A stretch of DNA of 64,000 nucleotides from the human T2T-CHM13v2.0 reference genome, Homo sapiens, in assembly GCF_009914755.1 (NCBI RefSeq), contig NC_060941.1. One strand, given 5' to 3'. Positions within the stretch are counted from its first letter, which is position 1. Each line of letters begins with the position of its first letter. The notes under the pieces were generated by a model that was given only the letters and a program-made list of their open reading frames with translations, ran no database searches and had not been told where the DNA came from. A program made the translations under genes and the position numbers. Shown one piece after another: positions 54,301-64,000 of the stretch.

Positions 54301-57300
54301 AACTCCCAGAGTTTCACATTGCTTTTCATAGAGTAGTTCTGAAATATGCTTTTCGTAGTGTCTACAAGTGGACATTTGGAGCGCTTTCAGGCCTGTGGTG
54401 GAAAACGAATTATGGTCACATAAAAACTGGAGAGAAGCATTGTCAGAAACTTCTTTGTGATGATTGCATTCAACTCACAGAGTTGAAGGTTCCTTTTCAA
54501 AGAGCAGTTTCCAATCACTCTTTCTGTGGAATCTGCAAGTGGATATTTGGACCTCTTTGAAGATTTCGTTGGAAACGGGAGAACCTTCACAGAAAAGCTA
54601 AACAGAAGCATTCTCAGAAACTTCTTTGTGATGCTTGCATTCAACTCACAGAGTTGAACTTTCCTTTCGAGAGAGAAGCTTTGAAACACTCTTTTCCAGA
54701 ATCTGCAAGTGGACATTTGGAGGGCTTTGAGGCCTGTGGTGGAAAAGGAATTATCTTCCCGTAAAAGCTAGACAGAAGCATTCTCAGAAACTACTTTGTG
54801 ATGACTGCATTCAAGTCACAGACTTGAACATTCCCTTTGACAGAGCAGTTTGGAAACTCTCTTTGTGTAGAATCTGCAAGTGGAGATATGGACCGCTTTG
54901 AGGACTATGGTAGTAAAGGAAATAGCTTCATATAAAAGCTAGACAGTAGCATTCAGAAAAAACTCTTGGTGACGACTGAGTTTAACTCACAGAGCTGAAC
55001 ATTCCTTTGGATGGAGCAGTTTCGAAACACACTATTTGTAGAATGTGCAAGTGGATATTTGGGCCTCTCTGAGGATTTCGTTGGAAACGGGATAAACCGC
55101 ACAGAACTAAACAGAAGCATTCTCAGAACCTTCTTCGTGATGTTTGCATTCAACTCAACAGTGTTGAACCTTTCTTTGATAGTTCAGGTTTGAAACGGTC
55201 TTTCTGTAGAAACTGCAAGTAGATATTTGGACCGCTCTGAGGATTTCGTTGGAAACGGGATAACCCGCACAGAACTAAAACAGAAGCATTCTCAGAACCC
55301 TCTTCGTGATGTTTGCATTCAACTCACAGTGCTGAACCTTTCTTTGATAGTTCAGCTTTGAAACACTCTTTTTGTAGAAACTGCAAGTGGATATTTGGTC
55401 CTCTCTGAGGATTTCGTTGGAAACGGGATAAACTGCCCAGAACTAAACAGAAGCATTCTCAGAACCTTCTTCGTGATGTCTGCATTCAACTCACAGTGTG
55501 GAACCTTTCTTTGATAGTTCAGGTTTGAAACACTCTTTTCGTAGAAACTGCAAGGGGATCATTGCACTCTTTGAGGAGTACCGTAGTAAAGGAAATAACT
55601 TCCTATAAAAAGAAGACAGAAGCTTTCTCAGAAAATTCTTTGGGATGATTGAGTTGAACTCACAGAGCTGAGCATTCCTTGTGATGTAGCAGTTTAGAAA
55701 CACACTTTCTGCAGAATCTGCAAGTGCATATTTGGACCTCTGTGAGGAATTCGTTGGAAACGGGATAATTTCAGCTGACTAAACAGAAGCAGTCTCAGAA
55801 TCTTCTTTGTGATGTTTGCATTCAAATCCCCGAGTTGAACTTTCCTTTCAAAGTTCACGTTTGAAACACTCTTTTTGCAGGATCTACAAGTGGATATTTG
55901 GACCACTCTGTGTCCTTCGTTCGAAACAGGTATATCTTCACATGACATCTAGACAGAAGCATCCTCAGAAGCTTCTCTGTGATGACTGCATTCAACTCAC
56001 GGAGTTGAACACTCCTTTTGAGAGCGCAGTTTTGAAACTCTCTTTCTGTGGCATCTGCAAGGGGACATGTAGAACTCTTTGAAGATTTCGTTGGAAACGG
56101 AATCATCTTCACATAAAAACTATACAGATGCATTCTCAGGAACTTTTTGGTGATGTTTGTATTCAACTCCCAGAGTTGAACTTTCCTTTGGAAAGAGCAG
56201 CTATGAAACACTCTTTTTCTAGAATCTGCAAGTGGACGTTTGGAGGGCTTTGTGGTTTGTGGTGGAAAAGGAAATATCTTCACCTAAATACTAGATAGAA
56301 GCATTCTCAGAAACTGCTTTGTGATGATTGCATTCACCTCACAGAGTTGAACATTCCTATTGATAGAGCAGTTTGGAAACACTCTTGTTGTGGAATGTGC
56401 AAGTGGAGATTTGGAGCGCTTTGAGGCCTATGGTAGTAAAGGGAATAGCTTCATAGAAAAACAAGACAGAAGCATTCTCAGAAAATACTTTGTGATGATT
56501 GAGTTTAACTCACAGAGCTGAACATTCCTTTGGATGGAGCAGGTTTGAGACACACTTTTTGTAGAATCTACAAGTGGATATTTGGACCTCTCTGAGGATT
56601 TCGTTGGAAACGGGATAACTGCACCTAACTAAACGGAAGCATTCTCAGAAACTTCTTGGTGATGTTTGCATTCAAATCCCAGAGTTGAACCTTCCTTTGA
56701 TAGTTCAGGTTTGAAACACTCTTTTTGTAGGATCTGCAAGTGGATATTTGGACCACTCTGTGGCCTTCGTTCGAAACGGGTACATCTTCGCATAAAATCT
56801 AGACAGAAGCCTTCTCAGAAACTTCTCTGTGATGATTGCATTCAACTCACAGAGTTGAACCCTCCTATGGATAGAGCAGTGTTGAAACTCTCTTTTTGTG
56901 GAATCTGCAAGTGGATATGTGGACCTCTCCGAAGATGTCTTTGGAAACGGGAATATCTTCACATAAAAACTAAACAGAAGCATTCTCAGAAACTTCTCTG
57001 TGATGTTTGTGTTCAACTCCCAGAGTTTCACATTGCTTCTCATAGAGTAGTTCTGAAACATGCTTTTCGTAGTGTCTGCAAGTGGACATTTGGAGCGCTT
57101 TCAGGCCTGTGGTGGAAAACGAGTTATGGTCACATAAAAACTGGAGAGAAGCATTGTCAGAAACTTCTTTGTGATGATTGCATTCAACTCACAGAGTTGA
57201 AGGTTCCTTTTCAAAGAGCAGTTTCCAATCACTCTTTCTGTGGAATCTGCAAGTGGATATTTGGACCTCTTTGAAGATTTCGTTGGAAACGGGAGAATCT

Positions 57301-60300
57301 TCACAGAAAAGCTAAACAGAAGCATTCTCAGAAACTTCTTTGTGATGCTTGCATTCAACTCACAGAGTTGAACTTTCCTTTCGAGAGAGAAGCTTTGAAA
57401 CACTCTTTTTCCAGAATCTGCAAGTGGACATTTGGAGGGCTTTGAGGCCTGTGGTGGAAAAGGAATTATCTTCCCGTAAAAGCTAGACAGAAGCATTCTC
57501 AGAAACTACTTTGTGATGATTGCATTCAAGTCACAGAGTTGAACATTCCCTTTGACAGAGCAGTTTGGAAACTCTCTTTGTGTAGAATCTGCAAGTGGAG
57601 ATATGGACCGCTTTGAGGCCTATGGTAGTAAAGGAAATAGCTTCATATAAAAGCTAGACAGTAGCATTCAGAAAAAACTCTTGGTGACGACTGAGTTTAA
57701 CTCACAGAGCTGAACATTCCTTTGGATGGAGCAGTTTCAAAACACACTATTTGTAGAATGTGCAAGTGGATATTTGGGCCTCTCTGAGGATTTCGTTGGA
57801 AACGGGATAAACCGCACAGAACTAAACAGAAGCATTCTCAGAACCTTCTTCGTGATGTTTGCATTCAACTCAACAGTGTTGAACCTTTCTTTGATAGTTC
57901 AGGTTTGAAACGGTCTTTCTGTAGAAACTGCAAGTAGATATTTGGACCGCTCTGAGGATTTCGTTGGAAACGGGATAACCCGCACAGAACTAAAACAGAA
58001 GCATTCTCAGAACCCTCTTCGTGATGTTTGCATTCAACTCACAGTGCTGAACCTTTCTTTGATAGTTCAGCTTTGAAACACTCTTTTTGTAGAAACTGCA
58101 AGTGGATATTTGGTCCTCTCTGAGGATTTCGTTGGAAACGGGATAAACTGCCCAGAACTAAACAGAAGCATTCTCAGAACCTTCTTCGTGATGTCTGCAT
58201 TCAACTCACAGTGTGGAACCTTTCTTTGATAGTTCAGGTTTGAAACACTCTTTTCGTAGAAACTGCAAGGGGATCATTGCACTCTTTGAGGAGTACCGTA
58301 GTAAAGGAAATAACTTCCTATAAAAAGAAGACAGAAGCTTTCTCAGAAAATTCTTTGGGATGATTGAGTTGAACTCACAGAGCTGAGCATTCCTTGCGAT
58401 GTAGCAGTTTAGAAACACACTTTCTGCAGAATCTGCAAGTGCATATTTGGACCTCTCTGAGGAATTCGTTGGAAACGGGATAATTTCAGCTGACTAAACA
58501 GAAGCAGTCTCAGAATCTTCTTTGTGATGTTTGCATTCAAATCCCAGAGTTGAACTTTCCTTTCAAAGTTCACGTTTGAAACACTCTTTTTGCAGGATCT
58601 ACAAGTGGATATTTGGACCACTCTGTGTCCTTCGTTCGAAACAGGTATATCTTCACATGACATCTAGACAGAAGCATCCTCAGAAGCTTCTCTGTGATGA
58701 CTGCATTCAACTCACGGAGTTGAACACTCCTTTTGAGAGCGCAGTTTTGAAACTCTCTTTCTGTGGCATCTGCAAGGGGACATGTAGACCTCTTTGAAGA
58801 TTTCGTTGGAAACGGAATCATCTTCACATAAAAACTATACAGATGCATTCTCAGGAACTTTTTGGTGATGTTTGTATTCAACTCCCAGAGTTGAACTTTC
58901 CTTTGGAAAGAGCAGCTATGAAACACTCTTTTTCTAGAATCTGCAAGTGGACGTTTGGAGGGCTTTGTGGTTTGTGGTGGAAAAGGAAATATCTTCACCT
59001 AAATACTAGATAGAAGCATTCTCAGAAACTGCTTTGTGATGATTGCATTCACCTCACAGAGTTGAACATTCCTATTGATAGAGCAGTTTGGAAACACTCT
59101 TGTTGTGGAATGTGCAAGTGGAGATTTGGAGCGCTTTGAGGCCTATGGTAGTAAAGGGAATAGCTTCATAGAAAAACTAGACAGAAGCATTCTCAGAAAA
59201 TACTTTGTGATGATTGAGTTTAACTCACAGAGCTGAACATTCCTTTGGATGGAGCAGGTTTGAGACACACATTTGTAGAATCTACAAGTGGATATTTGGA
59301 CCTCTCTGAGGATTTCGTTGGAAACGCGATAACTGCACCTAACTAAACGGAAGCATTCTCAGAAACTTCTTGGTGATGTTTGCATTCAAATCCCAGAGTT
59401 GAACCTTCCTTTGATAGTTCAGGTTTGAAACACTCTTTTTGTAGGATCTGCAAGTGGATATTTGGACCAATCTGTGGCCTTCGTTCGAAACGGGTATATC
59501 TTCGCATAAAATCCAGACAGAAGCCTTCTCAGAAACTTCTCTGTGATGATTGCATTCAACTCACAGAGTTGAACCCTCCTATGGATAGAGCAGTGTTGAA
59601 ACTCTCTTTTTGTGGAATCTGCAAGTGGATATGTGGACCTCTCCGAAGATGTCTTTGGAAACGGGAATATCTTCACATAAAAACTAAACAGAAGCATTCT
59701 CAGAAACTTCTCTGTGATGTTTGTGTTCAACTCCCAGAGTTTCACATTGCTTTTCATAGAGTAGTTCTGAAACATGCTTTTCGTAGTGTCTACAAGTGGA
59801 CATTTGGAGCGCTTTCAGGCCTGTGGTGGAAAACGAATTATGGTCACATAAAAACTGGAGAGAAGCATTGTCAGAAACTTCTTTGTGATGATTGCATTCA
59901 ACTCACAGGGTTGAAGGTTCCTTTTCAAAGAGCAGTTTCCAATCACTCTTTCTGTGGAATCTGCAAGTGGATATTTGGACCTCTTTGAAGATTTCGTTGG
60001 AAACGGGAGAATCTTCACAGAAAAGCTAAACAGAAGCATTCTCAGAAACTTCTTTGTGATGCTTGCATTCAACTCACAGAGTTGAACTTTCCTTTCGAGA
60101 GAGAAGCTTTGAAACACTCTTTTTCCAGAATCTGCAAGTGGACATTTGGAGGGCTTTGAGGCCTGTGGTGGAAAAGGAATTATCTTCCCGTAAAAGCTAG
60201 ATAGAAGCATTCTCAGAAACTACTTTGTGATGATTGCATTCAAGTCACAGAGTTGAACATTCCCTTTGACAGAGCAGTTTGGAAACTCTCTTTGTGTAGA

Positions 60301-62397
60301 ATCTGCAAGTGGAGATATGGACCGCTTTGAGGCCTATGGTAGTAAAGGAAATAGCTTCATATAAAAGCTAGACAGTAGCATTCACAGAAAACTCTTGGTG
60401 ACGACTGAGTTTAACTCACAGAGCTGAACATTCCTTTGCATGGAGCAGTTTCGAAACACACTATTTGTAGAATGTGCAAGTGGATATTTAGGCCTCTCTG
60501 AGGATTTCGTTGGAAACGGGATAAACCGCACAGAACTAAACAGAAGCATTCTCAGAACCTTCTTCGTGATGTTTGCATTCAACTCACAGTGTTGAACCTT
60601 TCTTTGATAGTTCAGGTTTGAAACGGTCTTTCTGTAGAAACTGCAAGTAGATATTTGGACCTCTCTGAGGATTTCGTTGGAAACGGGATAACCCGCACAG
60701 AACTAAAACAGAAGCATTCTCAGAACCCTCTTCGTGATGTTTGCATTCAACTCACAGTGCTGAACCTTTCTTTGATAGTTCAGGTTTGAAACACTCTTTT
60801 TGTAGAAACTGCAAGTGGATATTTGGTCCTCTCTGAGGATTTCGTTGGAAACGGGATAAACTGCACAGAACTAAACAGAAGCATTCTCAGAACCTTCTTC
60901 GTGATGTCTGCATTCAACTCACAGTGTGGAACCTTTCTTTGATAGTTCAGGTTTGAAACACTCTTTTTGTAGAAACTGCAAGGGGATAATTGCACTCTTT
61001 GAGGAGTACCGTAGTAAAGGAAATAACTTCCTCTAAAAAGAAGACAGAGGCTTTCTCAGAAAATTCTTTGGGATGATTGAGTTGAACTCACAGAGCTGAG
61101 CATTCCTTGCGATGTAGCAGTTTAGAAACACACTTTCTGCAGAATCTGCAAGTGCATATTTGGACCTCTGTGAGGAATTCGTTGGAAACGGGATAATTTC
61201 AGCTGACTAAACAGAAGCAGTCTCAGAATCTTCTTTGTGATGTTTGCATTCAAATCCCCGAGTTGAACTTTCCTTTCAAAGTTCACGTTTGAAACACTCT
61301 TTTTGCAGGATCTACAAGTGGATATTTGGACCACTCTGTGTCCTTCGTTCGAAACGGGTATATCTTCACATGACATCTAGACAGAAGCACTCTCAGAAGC
61401 TTCTCTGTGATGACTGCATTCAACTCACGGAGTTGAACACTCCTTTTGAGAGCGCAGTTTTGAAACTCTCTTTCTGTGGCATCTGCAAGGGGACATGTAG
61501 ACCTCTTTGAAGATTTCGTTGGAAACGGAATCATCTTCACATAAAAACTATACAGATGCATTCTCAGGAACTTTTTGGTGATGTTTGTATTCAACTCCCA
61601 GAGTTGAACTTTTCTTTGGAAAGAGCAGCTATGAAACACTGTTTTTCTAGAATCTGCAAGTGGACGTTTGGAGGGCTTTGTGGTTTGTGGTGGAAAAGGA
61701 AATATCTTCACCTAAATACTAGATAGAAGCATTCTCAGAAACTGCTTTGTGATGATTGCATTCACCTCACAGAGTTGAACATTCCTATTGATAGAGCAGT
61801 TTGGAAACACTCTTGTTGTGGAATGTGCAAGTGGAGATTTGGAGCGCTTTGAGGCCTATGGTAGTAAAGGGAATAGCTTCATAGAAAAACAAGACAGAAG
61901 CATTCTCAGAAAATACTTTGTGATGATTGAGTTTAACTCACAGAGCTGAACATTCCTTTGGATGGAGCAGGTTTGAGACACACTTTTTGTAGAATCTACA
62001 AGTGGATATTTGGACCTCTCTGAGGATTTCGTTGGAAACGGGATAACTGCACCTAACTAAACGGAAGCATTCTCAGAAACTTCTTGGTGATGTTTGCATT
62101 CAAATCCCAGAGTTGAACCTTCCTTTGATAGTTCAGGTTTGAAACACTCTTTTTGTAGGATCTGCAAGTGGATATTTGGACCACTCTGTGGCCTTCGTTC
62201 GAAACGGGTACATCTTCGCATAAAATCTAGACAGAAGCCTTCTCAGAAACTTCTCTGTGATGATTGCATTCAACTCACAGAGTTGAACCCTCCTATGGAT
62301 AGAGCAGTGTTGAAACTCTCTTTTTGTGGAATCTGCAAGTGGATATGTGGACCTCTCCGAAGATGTCTTTGGAAACGGGAATATCTTCACATAAAAA

Positions 62398-63109
62398 CTA
62401 AACAGAAGCATTCTCAGAAACTTCTCTGTGATGTTTGTGTTCAACTCCCAGAGTTTCACATTGCTTCTCATAGAGTAGTTCTGAAACATGCTTTTCGTAG
62501 TGTCTGCAAGTGGACATTTGGAGCGCTTTCAGGCCTGTGGTGGAAAACGAATTATGGTCCCATAAAAACTGGAGAGAAGCATTGTCAGAAACTTCTTTGT
62601 GATGATTGCATTCAACTCACAGGGTTGAAGGTTCCTTTTCAAAGAGCAGTTTCCAATCACTCTTTCTGTGGAATCTGCAAGTGGATATTTGGACCTCTTT
62701 GAAGATTTCGTTGGAAACGGGAGAATCTTCACAGAAAAGCTAAACAGAAGCATTCTCAGAAACTTCTCTGTGATGTTTGTGTTCAACTCCCAGAGTTTCA
62801 CATTGCTTCTCATAGAGTAGTTCTGAAACATGCTTTTCGTAGTGTCTGCAAGTGGACATTTGGAGCGCTTTCAGGCCTGTGGTGGAAAACGAATTATGGT
62901 CACATAAAAACTGGAGAGAAGCATTGTCAGAAACTTCTTTGTGATGATTGCATTCAACTCACAGAGTTGAAGGTTCCTTTTCAAAGAGCAGTTTCCAATC
63001 ACTCTTTCTGTGGAATCTGCAAGTGGATATTTGGACCTCTTTGAAGATTTCGTTGGAAACGGGAGAATCTTCACAGGAAAGCTAAACAGAAGCATTCTCA
63101 GAAACTTCT
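62398..63109 (+). repeat. 342-bp two-monomer tandem duplication creating an 18-mer variant HOR
   Basis: The monomer gtgatgtttgtgttcaactcccagagtttcacattgcttctcatagag and the monomer after it appear twice, 342 bp apart. ORF ends at 62489/62831 and 62529/62871. Confidence 0.93.
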
Positions 63110-64000
63110 TTGTGATGCTCGCATTCAACTCACAGAGTTGAACTTTCCTTTCGAGAGAGAAGCTTTGAAACACTCTTTTTCCAGAATCTGCAAGTGGACA
63201 TTTGGAGGGCTTTGAGGCCTGTGGTGGAAAAGGAATTATCTTCCCGTAAAAGCTAGACAGAAGCATTCTCAGAAACTACTTTGTGATGATTGCATTCAAG
63301 TCACAGAGTTGAACATTCCCTTTGACAGAGCAGTTTGGAAACTCTCTTTGTGTAGAATCTGCAAGTGGAGATATGGACCGCTTTGAGGCCTATGGTAGTA
63401 AAGGAAATAGCTTCATATAAAAGCTAGACAGTAGCATTCAGAAAAAACTCTTGGTGACGACTGAGTTTAACTCACAGAGCTGAACATTCCTTTGGATGGA
63501 GCAGTTTCGAAACACACTATTTGTAGAATGTGCAAGTGGATATTTGGGCCTCTCTGAGGATTTCGTTGGAAACGGGATAAACCGCACAGAACTAAACAGA
63601 AGCATTCTCAGAACCTTCTTCGTGATGTTTGCATTCAACTCAACAGTGTTGAACCTTTCTTTGATAGTTCAGGTTTGAAACGGTCTTTCTGTAGAAACTG
63701 CAAGTAGATATTTGGACCGCTCTGAGGATTTCGTTGGAAACGGGATAACCCGCACAGAACTAAAACAGAAGCATTCTCAGAACCCTCTTCGTGATGTTTG
63801 CATTCAACTCACAGTGCTGAACCTTTCTTTGATAGTTCAGCTTTGAAACACTCTTTTTGTAGAAACTGCAAGTGGATATTTGGTCCTCTCTGAGGATTTC
63901 GTTGGAAACGGGATAAACCGCACAGAACTAAACAGAAGCATTCTCAGAACCTTCTTCGTGATGTCTGCATTCAACTCACAGTGTGGAACCTTTCTTTGAT

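Larger units (their letters stand above)
1..64000 (+). repeat. D17Z1: Centromeric alpha-satellite HOR array, 16-mer of ~2,714 bp, most likely human chr17 D17Z1 (SF3); ~23.5 head-to-tail copies running off both window ends
   Basis: Alphoid motifs (cattctcagaaactt, gattgcattcaactcacagagttgaac, ttcgttggaaacggg) recur every 167-171 bp. Equivalent ORFs recur at 1415, 4129, 6843 ... 61122 with spacings of 2711-2715. EcoRI gaattc occurs once per unit (1468, 4182, 6896, 9610 ...). A 2.7-kb EcoRI 16-mer with pentameric substructure is the established D17Z1 signature. The chromosome assignment is from recognition, not from a database search. Confidence 0.95.

Noticed and set aside
108-63678. Recurrent 60-216 aa ORFs on both strands (e.g. 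MHSNPRVE..., MKIFPFPP..., MLLSSFYG...)
   Set aside because: They are translations of alpha satellite. A 171-bp monomer is a multiple of 3, so frames persist with 57-aa periodicity. They open and close with single SNVs or indels between HOR copies, and show no domain, splice or promoter evidence.
1-64000. Regularly spaced conserved motifs resembling a CRISPR repeat-spacer array
   Set aside because: The intervening sequences are homologous monomer bodies, not unique spacers. There are no cas genes, and this is eukaryotic satellite DNA.
1-64000. Possible L1/Alu insertion or inversion within the array
   Set aside because: HOR spacing is continuous at 2,711-2,715 bp apart from the 342-bp gain, all CENP-B boxes I saw are on the + strand, and I saw no poly-A tail or non-alphoid sequence.

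Overview
The whole 64-kb window is an uninterrupted, single-orientation primate alpha-satellite array. It consists of 167-171-bp monomers organised into a 16-monomer higher-order repeat (HOR) of ~2,714 bp, with about 23.5 copies and one conserved EcoRI site per unit. The 2.7-kb EcoRI 16-mer, the internal ~850-bp pentamer and the dense CENP-B boxes fit human chromosome 17 D17Z1 (suprachromosomal family 3). I see no genes, RNA genes, transposon insertions, inversions or CRISPR arrays, and the listed ORFs are by-products of the repeat. I found no new gene system. The informative signal is the array's history, read from shared SNVs and indels: (i) a near-perfect 10,858-bp (4-HOR) tandem duplication whose junction maps to 23 bp, itself built from a 2-HOR unit; (ii) an older paralogy at ~29.85 kb (about 19.0 kb, or 7 HORs, once the 4-HOR duplication is removed); (iii) an 18-mer variant HOR made by a 342-bp dimer duplication; (iv) interleaved HOR haplotype classes; (v) a dimorphic CENP-B box and a local cluster of CENP-B box knock-outs. 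All comparisons were made by eye and need confirmation by alignment.
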